A program made the translations under genes and the position numbers. Of a stretch of 64,000 nucleotides of DNA, positions 1 through 12,587 are shown piece by piece. The notes beneath the pieces are model-generated. The model saw nothing but the letters and a program-made list of their open reading frames with translations, was not told where the DNA came from and searched no databases. This DNA comes from Lama glama (Eukaryota). The stretch lies in assembly GCA_028534125.1 (NCBI GenBank), contig CM052818.1, positions 22,818,001 through 22,882,000 of the forward strand, written 5' to 3'. How positions within the stretch are numbered: the first letter of the stretch is position 1; each line of letters opens with the position of its first letter.

Positions 1-1330
1 TCCTCTCGGCTCGCACGCCCCTCAGGGGGGACAGCGCCGCCGCCTTGAAAGGGCACTCCGGCCTCAGAGGGGGCATCCCCCGGGCGCCAGGGGCGGCGGC
101 GCTGGCAGCCAGGTTCTCGGCCAGTGGGGCGCAGCGCAGGCGCCGGAGAGGACTCCCCGACTACCTGCAAGTACCGCCGCGCGGGGGGAGCATCGCTAAC
201 AGTCACGCTGTGCTGCAGAGGAGGCTAGAGACGAGGGGCCCCCGGGCCAGCGAAGGGCGGCAGCAGAACCCGGAGGGAGAGCCAGCCGGACTGCCTGCGG
301 GCCCCGACGGCGCGCTCCCTCGTCAGCCAACGGCAGGCAGGACCCGCGCGGCGGCCGGGGGGCAGCGGCGGCGCCCTCGGACCTCGGGGTCTCGGGGCCG
401 CCAGCCATGACCTTCGGGCGCAGCGGGGCGGCCTCGGTGGTGCTGAACGTGGGCGGCGCCCGGTACTCGCTGTCCCGGGAGCTGCTGAAGGACTTCCCGC
501 TGCGCCGCGTGAGCCGGCTGCACGGCTGCCGCTCCGAGCGCGACGTGCTCGAGGTGTGCGACGACTACGACCGCGAGCGCAACGAGTACTTCTTCGACCG
601 GCACTCGGAGGCCTTCGGCTTCATCCTGCTCTACGTGCGCGGCCACGGCAAGCTGCGCTTCGCGCCGCGGATGTGCGAGCTCTCCTTCTATAACGAGATG
701 ATCTACTGGGGCCTGGAGGGCGCGCACCTGGAGTACTGTTGCCAGCGCCGCCTCGACGACCGTATGTCGGACACTTACACCTTCTACACCGCGGAGGAGC
801 CCGGTACTCTGGGCCGCGACGAGGCGCGACCCGGCGGTGTCGAAGCGGCCCCCTCCCGGCGCTGGCTGGAGCGCATGAGGCGAACCTTCGAGGAGCCCAC
901 GTCGTCGCTGGCCGCGCAGATCCTGGCCAGCGTGTCGGTGGTGTTTGTGATCGTGTCCATGGTGGTGCTGTGCGCCAGCACACTGCCCGACTGGCGCGCT
1001 GCGGCGGCCGACAACCGCAGCCTGGATGACCGGAGCAGGTACTCCGCCGGCCCTGGGAGGGAGCCCTCCGGGTAGGACGCACTGCTTCTCTGCCCGTCCA
1101 GTCCGTCATGTCACGTCTGTCCGTCCCGTCCGTCGGTCCAGTCTTCGTCCTGTTTGCCTCCGGGAGGCTGAGCAGGCCCGGGTTCTGGGTCCAACGAGGC
1201 CCCAGGCGCGGCCAGCCAAGGAGCGGTTTGGTCCTTAGACCTCCTCCTCCCCACCGCCACCCCATCCCCGCCATTTCCCCAGTACTAGTCGGCTCAGGTC
1301 CACACAAAAGACGCCCCTCTTGAGGGCGAA
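1..1330. promoter_or_regulatory. CpG island covering KCNG3 promoter/5'UTR, exon 1 and start of intron 1
   Basis: Very GC- and CpG-rich from window start to about 1330, then an abrupt switch to AT-rich sequence. No ATG on + strand upstream of 407. Confidence 0.9.
407..1071 (+). CDS. KCNG3: KCNG3 coding exon 1 (T1/BTB tetramerisation domain and S1)
   Basis: ATG at 407 in ccagccATGa. Translation MTFGRSGAASVVLNVGG...EYFFDRH...FEEPTSSLAAQILASVSVVFVIVSMVVLC is recognisable Kv6.3. Donor GG|gtagga at 1072; alternative in-frame donor AG|gtactc at 1039. Confidence 0.97.
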
Positions 1331-4300
1331 TCGCCAGCCAAGGGGAGGGGCAGACAGAGATAAACAAACCTCCCATCTTTGTAGTATACTTTTGAGCAAA
1401 TAGTAACCGGTTAATTAGATTTCTCTAAACTTTTATTGTTCGAATTTAACAATTTAACCTTGGGCTAAGAGCAGTTTTGAATTATTTGACAATTTTTGAT
1501 GGTGCTTCATCAAAGCACCATCAAAAAAAGATGAAGTCTTGTTATTGTGGAGTGTAGTCTGCTGTATGCTGCCCACACATTCTATGCACTCTGCATAGTA
1601 TGTGCTGTTAATGGAATTGTTATAAAGGAGATTAACTTAGAAATGGATTCTAAATAATGGACATCTGTGCCCTTTCTCTCTTCTTTTCTTATGAAGTATG
1701 GAGTTAGCAAACTACCTATCTGTCCACTGTTTAGTACCGAAGTTTCACACACTGACTTTCAGAGGGATCTTCAGTATGGGGAGGGGGAAAACCTTGAGAA
1801 AGGAGGAAAATTTAAACTGCCCTGAATCCAGAAACAGCATTCTAGTATTTAATAGTTTTTCTTTTCACTTTAGTACGATGAAAGGAAAATATTTTGACCT
1901 TTCCTTGGATCATGCTTACCCTTCAGTAGTGATAACATACTTCTGTTTTTAGTACTAGTTTATTTTGCATATTTGGTGGGAGGAATAAATAGTAAAGTTA
2001 GATTTTCAAGGGAGACAGCCTTTTTGGGCACAAACACAAAACTGTATAATCTGTTTTACCTTTGGTACTATTTTAAGATATTTTCCCTCTATTCTTTTTT
2101 TAAATTGGGTTGCATGCGTGGTAATCTTTTCCTGATAGGCAGATGCATGGTTCCAGTGGTGCTGTGTGCCTTGATACTGCAGTGGATTACTTCCATGTAA
2201 AATTCTTCCTTTGGAGAGTAAAGATTTTTGTTTAAATCTAAGAAGTAAATAAAATTGTCTGGTACCCCGGAGTCCATTACTGATATGTCATCTTGGCATG
2301 AAATGCAAGATACATGCTTTGAAAGGAAATTCACTAGGAGACTCATTTTATTTACTGTTATTAGCTCCTAACTGAGTTTTCAATTTACAGGTAAGAATTA
2401 CTTACTTGGTACTCCATCAGTACAATGAAATTAATTTATATTCCTAAATACATAAGTGCCCTTGATTCTTATAGAGGGCCATAGGAAAATGAGACATAAA
2501 TGATTGGCTTTGAAATGATTCACTAGTAATTGCAGAATTCTATAAGTGAAGGTTCAAGCTACATTAGCAAAGGAAACGGGAGAATTGAGTTATTAGTATA
2601 AGTATTGAGGGGAGTCGGCTAAGTCAGTGTATAAGCAAAAACAGTGAAATAACCTGAATAATAATTTTGGGGGAATAGAGGAACTTTGGGGAGATCATTA
2701 AGGTGAAGCATTTGGAAAGGAATGGGAGACATGGATAATAATTTTAGGGGGAGAGAGACAGAAAGAAACTAAAAAGAAAAGAGACAGATGGAAAAGAGAA
2801 AGACTGCAAAAGAAGTGAAGGAAGACGATAAATGTTTAATTTGTGTATATGTATTTTATGTATGTGTATAATTATTCAAGTCAGAACTGTTTCCTAGATA
2901 CGCAGATATTTCAGGCAAAAGCATGTTTTTCTTGGCTTAATGGCCCAGTTTTAAGCTTCATTGTGAATGTAGGTATATGAAAACCATTATCTATAATCCC
3001 AAACAGATCAACTGAAGGATGACTGAATGACTTGAGGAGCCTGCACATTACCGAGGGAGCTTTCCATTGGTCTTCTCCAACAGAGCTAAGGTGATGCTTT
3101 GAGAATAGTGTCTCAAACCTCATTTACTTGCGGTTGCTGAAATTAGTCCTTCTAAAACATCATTCGACCATACTTGACATCTACCAAATAAAGTCAAAAC
3201 TTCTCTCTTGGCGTTCAAGGCTTTTTATGGTTTAACTACAATATGCCTTTGTCAACTTACGTATCATAATTTGCAAGCATTTTTGAATATCTATTGTGTT
3301 CAGGGCACTATTGGTGTTCCAAATATTGTAAATTTTTTTTGCAAGGAAAATGTGTCAGATTAGTGATGTAGGAATCAGAGGCACAACTGATCAATAATTG
3401 TGTTGCTTTGGGAAAGTCTTCAAAGTGGGGGAAGATGGAAACAAGCCATCTTTAGAAGGTTGCAGAGGTTGTGCACTGCCCAACACTGGCAGCAGGGTTT
3501 CGTTTCTATAAACTATAGCGTGAGCAACTTACACAACCATGTGTGCCCCACTTGAGAACAAAATAAGGAGACTTTTCCAGGTAAAAGAAACATCATAGGC
3601 ATAGGCATGACATTTGTGTATTATGTTTAGGGAGTGTGAGTCTAGTGATGGAGAGGTGGAGAGAGAGCAAATGTTGGAAGGCCTGGAATGAAAGGAAGAA
3701 TATTTTTATTTTGCAGGGAGTGGTTAGCTGTTGGCAGTGTCAGGTCAGTGGATTATGCATATAAAGGAACAAATGTGATTTTTGTGCCAGTTGGAGATGG
3801 TGGAGATTGAAGGATGAGTTTGGAGATTTTTTGTAGAGGGAGGGAATGAGATCTTGGATTGCTTTGAAGTGGTGAGAATGGAGAAGAAATGACAACTCTG
3901 GAGGGTATAAGGAAGAAAAAAAAAATCCAGGACAGTGAAATGATGCAGGTTCAGGAACTGATTAAGTGGATTTCCAGGAGCTAGGAGCACTGCCTGCCAC
4001 CTGCAGGCTCTGTTTGTTCAGACCCGCCTGCTCACTTGAGTTCCTGAACCATGGCGATGTCCTTTATTGTGCAGTCAGTCCCTTGCCTATTGAAATTGGA
4101 TCATCCGTCAAGTCCAACTCAGATTCTATTTTCCTTTTGAAGCCTTTCCTGACTACTCTAGTAGATGTGATGTTTCCTCCTGAGTTTTTTTTTTTTTCCT
4201 TTTGAGGGACTGCTTACTTGTGTGACTTATTCGGTATCTATAATATCCTTCCTAGCTTGGTGGTTATTTTTTCATATAAACATGTCTTAGCTCCCAAACT

Positions 4301-4649
4301 AGGCAAGATGAAATGCCCTAGAAGGCATCTAAATTCTCTTATACTATTTATTATGCCAGCATCTTTTAGAAAAAAATTATTATTTAGGCACAATAAATAA
4401 TCTATTGTTTATATAACATTTCAAAATATAACGTTCCAGGAATATATTTTCTCTTGTGTAGATGGAAGAGCTGTGTGGGGTAAGGCTGAGGTGTTTAAGT
4501 GGTAGAACTCTTAGTTGAGGAAGGTGGGATTCTGTGCTGAAATGAGAAAAAACTCTATTAAGTTGAGGAATAATTATTTATCAAGTACTTATTTTATTGT
4601 GCAAAAGGAACAAAGATAAGAATATATGTTTTTATTAACCTCTGAAATT

Positions 4650-4797
4650 TTGGTTTGTGTTTTTATTTGGGGGGGGTGGGGGAGAGGTAATTAAATTTAT
4701 TTAATTATTTTTTAATGGCGGTACTGGGGTTTGAACCCAGGACCTCCTGCATGCTAAACGTGCACTCTTCCACTTGAACTATATGCTCCCACCCCAG
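4650..4797 (-). mobile_element. tRNA-derived SINE (camelid-type)
   Basis: Reverse complement of the tRNA-like head (tatagttcaagtgg...gggttcaaacccc) and tail. TSD cctctgaa(a/c)tt at 4639-4649 and 4798-4808. Confidence 0.85.
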
Positions 4798-5889
4798 CCT
4801 CTGAACTTCTAGAATAGTACACAGTGTAACGTTTGGAAGAAATTTTGAGTGGTCTTCCAAATCAATAATTTGGAAACATTTTGTGTATGGATATGATCCT
4901 TTTAAGCTGATTTTTGGGGGATGGTTGAAAGTCATATAAATAATACCTTATAGTTCAAAAGCTACAAAAGTGAGCCTTTTTTCATTCCCCAGCCATGGAG
5001 CTCTTTTCCCTAAATGTAACCAGAATTCCTAGCATTTTGTGTGTCGTTTCAGAAACATTCTCTGTATTTACAAGCATATCATATATATTTACAATAAACA
5101 AACAAAAAACAGTGTGAGAACACTGTCCTGAAATCTTTAAAATCACCAACATGTTGTGGAGATGCCATATCAGCCTATAAAGAGCTACTCAGTTCTTTTA
5201 TGCAGCTGCATAACATTCCACTGAATGGACATCGTAGACTTTCTGGACACTTAATATTGTTTCTGGTCTGTAGGAAGTGCTGTAGTGAATATCTTTGTAT
5301 GTGTACACTATTTTGCTTTCAAGAAAGTATATCCATAGGATAAATTCCTGAAAGTTAAGTCATTGGGCCAAAGGGCATTTGTAATTGGCATTTTCATAGA
5401 TAATTCCAAATTGCTCTACCAAAAGTTTCTATCAATGTATATACTCCCACCAGCAATGTATAAGACCATGTTTCTTCATACTCTACAAGGTGTTATTAAG
5501 CTTTTGATCTTTACCATGCTAGAAAATTAAAAATGGTGTGTAGTAGTTTTAATTTGTTTTTGCCTCAAGTAAAAATGTGCATCTTCACATGTATTTAGGA
5601 GTCATTTATCTTACTTTTTGTTGAGCTGTATATACTGTTTGCCCATTTTGTCAACGGCTTTCTCAATTGGAAGCTTTTTAAAAAGAATTAAGAAATTAGT
5701 CCTTTGTTAATGATATGAGTTGCAGATACATTGTTCTCTAATTTATGACCTCATTCAAAGAAAACCACAATTGCTTAGAACATAGTAGCTGTACTTTTAA
5801 TATCTATTTGAGAAAATACATAATGATTTTAAGAATTATGATTCTAACCATTCAATCATTTTTTGGGTTTTTTTTTTTTTTTTGACTCC

Positions 5890-6560
5890 TGTGACTGTGC
5901 CAGGCACTATGGATACAGAGGTACATCAGGCCAGGGCTTCTGCTGTCATGGAGCTGGGAACTGGTGGCCTACAGGTGGTAGAGGGAGGGGGAGACAGTTA
6001 ACAAAGTCAGCAGATAAAAATGAATTTCAGATAGTGAAAGAAAATCAGAGTAGAGAATGCAGCAGGGATGCTCATTTGCATAGGCCGTGAGGAGGTGACT
6101 TGAGCTGAGACCTGAATAATGAGAAAGACCCAGCCTTGGGAAAGGGAGGGAAGAGTGTTCTGGGTGGTGGGAATAGCACATGCAGAGGCTCTGAGATGAC
6201 AATGAGCTTGGCTTGTCTACAGGACAAAGGGAAGGCCCATGTGGGCTAGCATTTAGTCCAGGGGCAGGAGAGGGGTAGATGGGGTTCGAGGGGAGGCAGG
6301 GACCTCTCAGGCAGGTCCTGCGTGCCCTGGGAGAGAGTTTGGATTTCATTCCAAGTGCAACAAGTCTTTGAAAGGTTTTAAAGCAGAGGAAAGATAAGAT
6401 CTGATGTATTTTCAAAATGCCACTGACCCCTGGGTAGAGGAGGGACTCGAGGGGGCAGCAGTATGATACAGCAAGACCTGGCAGGGGAGAGGATGTGGGT
6501 CTTGATCTAGGGGAACAGCAGGGGAGAGATGGTGAGAGAGATTAGATTTGGGTAAATATG
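5890..6560. mobile_element. Degenerate L2-like fragment
   Basis: Purine-rich motifs typical of L2 relics (gaggaggtgacttgagctgagacctgaa; ggttttaaagcagagg). Boundaries approximate. Confidence 0.6.
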
Positions 6561-7819
6561 TGGATTTTTATTATGTTACTAGTGGTGACTCATCTGCCGG
6601 CACTAGGAAAGTATATGAGCCACTATATATGAGCAGTGGCAGGGCCCACATCGACGTCCCTCTTGCTCACCTGCCTTGACCCAAATGTAGTGAGCTGGGA
6701 ATCCAGTTCTTCTCTGCAAGGGTCTGCTTCCTATTTGGGGGTATTGTGAGGAGAAGGCTCTGGAAAAGGAATCTCCTGAGGGTCGGTGGGAGAGGGATCA
6801 TGGACCATTTTTCTTTCTGTACAACCCAAACCCTCTCATGGAGAAGACTATCCCTTCTGTTAAAGATCTTTGGTGAACACATTTACAACCTCCCTTAATG
6901 AGCAATTCTGGTAAGTAAGTAATCTTAGAATGGATGATGTTCTTAATGTTTCATCTGATTGATAAGACAAACTACAGATTTTTCAGGCAGTTTGCCTTCT
7001 AGTAACATCTGAGTATCGTTTCAACGTTGCCAAAGAAGATTAATGTTCTTTTTGGCATTTTAACATACAGACGTAGCCATCTTTTAAAATTATGAAGCAC
7101 TGCTGCCTATTTCATCAAAAGATGCCTTTTACTAGTCAAAACTTCTAAAAGATGAACCAGATGTAAAATAGTTGTTCCTTTTACTTTTGGTCCCTCAGTC
7201 AGTCTGGGCAGCAGTGTTTTCTTTTTGAGTTTTAAATCTCTTTAGCATGCAAAGGCTTGCTGTAATTTTAATCTGTTCTTTAGAAATTATTTCTAAAAGT
7301 TGCTTTGTGATAGAATTTTGATCTTTAATTTGTATTGCTTTGTGTTGTGGTGGTGAGAATTTGAGGAGATGTAAAGATGTTTAAATTTCTTAAGGTGTTA
7401 TTTTAAGCCCAAGTTATAAAAAAGTGAAATCAAAATGAAAGACCAGGTGATGGAAATTTGAAAATCAATTATGTTATTTCTATTGCCTTTTAGGTCACTA
7501 TTATATAAATTCAATAGGTTTTAAAGTACTTTAAATATAAAAAGCATTGTTTGAAACTGAAGATGAAAGTCTCAGTACTTTTACTTTGCAGATAAGGTGG
7601 ATATTTTCAGAAGCCAGTAATTACTAGATCTCTGATAGGATTGAACATAACCCAGAACCTCAGTTAAAGTCTATTCTTTCACAGTGGACTGTTTCTTTTA
7701 ATATGTGTACAAGGGTTTTCTATCTGCTGCCAATTTTAGAATTCAGCAGAAACTTTCTTTTTGTCAATACCTTTTCTTTAATCAAAGTTTTTTTTCTGAA
7801 ATCCCTTTGGTAAGCAAGT

Positions 7820-8265
7820 TTTTTTTTTAAATTGAAGTATAGTTGATTTACAATGTTGTAATGCTGTGTTAATTTTTGGTATACATAGTGATTCAGTTAT
7901 ACATATATATTAATTCTTATTCATTATAAGTTATTACAAGTTACTGAACATAGTTCCCTATGCTATACAGTAGGACCTTGTTGTTTATCTATTCTGTATA
8001 TAGTAGTTTGTATCTGCTAATCCCAAAACCCCCAGTTTATCCCTCTCTTTCCTTTCCCTTTTGGTAACCATAAATTTGTTTTCGATGTCTGTGAGTCTCT
8101 GTTTTGTAAATAAGTTCATTCTGTAATTTTTTTAGATTTCACATATAAGTGATATCATATATTTGTCTTTGACTTACTTCACTTAGTCCGATAATCTCTA
8201 GGTCCACCCATGTTGCTACAAATGGCATTATTTCTTTCTTTTTTTTTACAGCTGAGTAGTATTCC

Positions 8266-8298
<33 letters not shown>

Positions 8299-9163
8299 AC
8301 ACTACATTTCTTTATCCATTCATCTGTTAGGGGACACTTAGGTTGCTTTCATGTCGTGACTGTTGTAAATAGTGCTGCTGTGAACATGGAAGTGCATGTT
8401 ATCTTTTCAAATTGGAATTTTCTCCAGATATATGCCCAGGAGTGGGACTGCTGGGTCATATGGTAAGTCTGTTTTTAGTTTTTTAAGGAATCTCCATACT
8501 GTTTCCCATAATGGCTGCACCAAATTACATTCCCACCAACAGTGCAGGAGGGTTCCCTTTTCTCCATACCCTCTCCAGCATTTATCATTTGTGGACTTTT
8601 AAATGAAGGCCATTCTGACTGATATGAAGTGATAACTCATTATAATTTTGATTTGTGTTTCTCTGATAATTAGCGATATTGAGCATTTTTTCATGTGCCT
8701 ATTGGCCATCTGTATGTCTTCATTGGAGAAATGCGTGTTTAGGTCTCCTGCACATGTTTTGATTGGGTGGTTTGTTTTTTTTGTTATTGAGTTGTATGAG
8801 CTGTTTGTATATTCTGAAACTTAAGCCCTTGTCAGTCACATCATTTGCAAATATTTCTTGCAGTCTGTAGATTGTCTTTTTGTTTTGTTGATGGTTTCCT
8901 TTGCTGTGCAAAAGCTTATAAGTTTAATTAGGTCTCAATTGTTTATTTTTCCTTTGATTTCTATTGCCTTGGTACACTGACATAGGAGAATATTGCTAAG
9001 ATTTATGTCAGAGAATGTTTTGCCTATATTTTTTTCTGGGACATTTGTGGTGTCCTGTCATGTTTAAGTCTTTAAGCCATTTTGAGTTTATTTTTGTGTA
9101 TGATGTGAGGGCATATTCTAACTTCATTGATTTACATGCGGCTGTCCAGCTTTTCCTAACACC
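7820..9163 (-). mobile_element. 5'-truncated L1 (3' end and ORF2 C-terminal region)
   Basis: Poly-T start, L1 3'UTR motifs, ORF2-like antisense text (cattcccaccaacagtg...). TSD aagcaagt at 7812-7819 and 9164-9171. Internal (TG)n near 8268-8296. Confidence 0.9.
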
Positions 9164-10970
9164 AAGCAAGTCACTTTTAATATTATTTTAATTTTTTTAA
9201 AATGAAAACTGTGAGTTGGCAAAAAGTGTGGTTCTAAGTGTTGCAAAGTGAAGAGTAAACATGCTCCTTTGTTCTCGATCCTATTACCCAGTTTCTGAGC
9301 ATTCTTCCAAAAATTATTTGCACATATATACACACATTCATATATATGTGTGTGCATATGTGTATATGTACATGCATACATTGTATGCTTGCATATATAA
9401 TTATATATACATATTATACAAATACCTTTTAAATTTTATTTATTTTAAATGGATGTACTAGGAATTGAACCCAGGACTACCACTGAACTATATCCCCACC
9501 CTCACTTTTCAACTTTATAACTAGGATAATTTTATAATCTTTTTTAGCAATTTGCTTTTTTCACTTAACATCTAGGAACCTTTTCCGTATCTGTTAATAT
9601 AAATCTTCCTTCTCCTTTTTAAAATCTGTATAGTTTATTCCATTGTGTAGATGGGCCACAATTCATTTAACACATGTCTGTCTTGTCAATAATAGTAATG
9701 GCTGTAATAGTCACTATTTATTGAATACTTAATGTGTACTAGTCACTTGTTAAATTTTAACATGTATTTTGTCATCTAAGTCTCATAACAGCCCTATGAA
9801 GTAGTACCGTTTTTAACCCCCATTTTATGATTGAGATTTAGATAGGTTAAGTAGTATGTCAGACTCACATAGTAGGTAAGTTGTGACCTGGCATTTGATT
9901 GCGAAATCCCTGCTATAGCATGCTGTGGGATAGTTAGTTCAGCTCTAGTTTTTCAAAAGTGCAAACAGCGGCTCAGAACACAGTCTTTTTCATGTTTCTT
10001 TGCAAGCTGGTGTCAGTGTATATGTTGGATAAATTCCAAAGTGAAAAAATAGCTGGGTTAAAAGGATTGTGTTTTAAAAAATTCTTTTGATAGATATTGC
10101 CAAGTTTTTCTCTAAAATATGAATGAAATTCAGCACTAGTTTTATATTAATAATATAAATAATGAAGGAATGAAGACCCAGCAAACCCTGGCAGGAAGCT
10201 AAACTTGCTCAGCTCTTTCTTTCCCTGCCTTAGGCCCCTTCTCACTGTCCTTTTGTGAGGTTGTTTGTGAACATGTCTTGGCTTCCTTTTAGTCTAGAAG
10301 TTCTTTAAGAGAGAAATTCTACGCTTCACAACACTACGTGCTTCAATACCTTGCACATGGGTAGGCACTCAGTATGTATGTTTAAATGAATTATACATGT
10401 GAAAGAATCACATAAATACAACAGCATCTTCATTTTTGGTAGGAGAGTGTGTATTTATAAGTTTTCCTCAACCTGTAAGCATGTTGTATTTTAAGAAATC
10501 AATTGCAAATTGGTTTTATGGCTCTGTGGTCATTTATTCATTAAATGCAACAAACATTTATTGAGCACCTACTATGTATGTGGGACTGTTCTATGTGCTG
10601 GGGATACAGCAGTGACCAAAACAAAGTCTCTGCCCTCCAGAACCATCTGTTCTAATAAATAAATATATAACAGATGGTGATAAGTGCTATGAAGGAATAA
10701 AGTAGAGAAAGGGGTTTACATAGTAAATGTTAGTCGTGGTCAGCAAGGGCCTCTCTGATAAGGTGATGGATGTCTGAACAAGGACCAGGAGGGCTGCAAG
10801 AGGCAGCTGTGAAGATATCTGAGCAACACAATTCCTAGCATAGAGCACAGTAAGTACAAACTCCTGAAGGGTCTGCAAGGAAGCAGAGTGGTAGGGAATT
10901 GGGGGTGAAGGTGGAGGAATATAGATTTTGTAGAGTTTGATAGATGTACCAACTAAGATGATCTATTTTT

Positions 10971-11723
10971 TTTTTTATTGAGCTATAGTCAGTTTACAAT
11001 GTTGTGTCAATTTCTGATGTACAGTTTTTCAGTCATACATAAATATACATTTATTCATTTTTATATTCTTTTTCACTGTGAGCTACCACAAGATCTCAGC
11101 TATATTTCCCTGTGCTATACAGTACAAACTTGTTTATCTATTCTATATATACCTGTCAGTATCTATAAATCTTGAATTCCCAGTCTGTCCCTACCCAACC
11201 CCCTCCCCTCTGGCAACCGCAAGCTTGCATTCTATGTCTCTGAGTCTGTTTCTGTTTTATATTTAAGTTCATTTGTCTTCTGTTTTTTTTTTTTAGATTC
11301 CTCATATGAGTTGTCATATGGTACTTTTCTTTCTCTTTCTGGCTAACTTCACTTAGAATGACATTCTCCAGGGACAGCCATGTTGCGGCAAATGGCATTA
11401 TGTTGTCATTTTTATGGCTGAATAGTATTCCATTGTATAAATATACCACAGCTTCTGTATCATCTATCGATGGACATTTAGGTTGTTTCCATGTCTTGGG
11501 TATTGTAAATAGTGCTGCTATGAACATTGGGGTGCAGGTGTCATTTTGAATTAGGGTTCCTTCTGGATATATGCCCAGGAGTGAGATTGCTGGGTCATAT
11601 GGTAAGTCTATTCCTAGTCATTTGAGGAATCTCCATACTGTTTTCCACAATGGCAGAACCAAACTGCATTCCTACCAACAGTGTAGGAGGGTTCCCTTTT
11701 CTCCACACCCTCTCCAGCATTTA
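10971..11723 (-). mobile_element. Young 5'-truncated L1 inserted in an L2 relic
   Basis: ORF track shows the L1 ORF2 C-terminus ([20 protein letters not shown]...ILSEVSQKEK). Perfect 17-bp TSD taagatgatctattttt at 10954-10970 and 11724-11740. Confidence 0.92.
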
Positions 11724-12254
11724 TAAGATGATCTATTTTTGATAGTCTTCTTTTTTAAAAGACAAAATGGTCAGAACTTTGGATTTGTATCTGAATGTAG
11801 GTTTTTAAGCAGAGGACATAATTTGACTTAATTTTAAAAGATCACTCTGTGATAGAAATGTTAGCTATCTTGATTGTGGTGGTGGTTTCATTGTGTACAC
11901 AATCCATCAAATTGTACTTCTGAAATATGTGTAGGAAAACTGCACAGGAATCATACCACAGTAAAGGTATTTTTAAAAACAAACATCACTCTTGTCCCAG
12001 TGGAGGGCAGACTCTGGTGGGGAAGAGTGGAGCCAGTGAGGCCAGTTGGACCACATTTTATCATGACACTCAAAGGGCTACCCTGATTGAATCTTGCATC
12101 TAAGCTTCTCTCGGCTGGCTGTGTTGGTCCAGGTTGTGGTGGCAGGGTTTCCTTTTTCATTTTCAGGGTCAAGAAGATATTGTAATTGGCCAAGCTGGCC
12201 CTGACACCATTGTATGACCAGGTCTCTGCTGTGCCCCACCTACACCTTCCTTTG

Positions 12255-12587
12255 CAGGACTGGTGATGGTGACCTGCAGATAGCTCAGGCCCACTGCCTG
12301 TTTTGGTACAGCCTCTGAGCCAAGAATGGTTTTTACATTTTTAAATACTGGGGGAAAAAATCAAATGAAAAGTATAGTTTTTTGACTTGTGGAAATTACC
12401 TGACATTCAAATTTCAGTGTCCATAAATAGGGTTTTATTGGAGCACAGCCACATCGTTTACTATTGTCTATGGCAGCTTACTTGCTACTTGGGCAGAGCT
12501 GAACACTTGCAACAGAGACCGTACCGCCTGCAGAGCTTGAAATATTTACTATCTGGCCCTTTACAGGAATAGTTTGCTAACCCTTGC
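12255..12587. mobile_element. MER58-like hAT/Charlie non-autonomous DNA transposon
   Basis: Characteristic text gagccaagaatggtttttacattttt...tatttactatctggccctttacagga...tttgctaaccct. Confidence 0.7.

Noticed and set aside
45..410. 121-aa ORF overlapping the KCNG3 start
   Set aside because: Begins at TTG, not ATG; low-complexity G/A/R/P product expected from GC-rich island DNA.
196..1376. Antisense and alternative-frame ORFs over exon 1 (e.g. 621-1376, 323-727)
   Set aside because: Shadow ORFs caused by high GC and codon bias of the real CDS.
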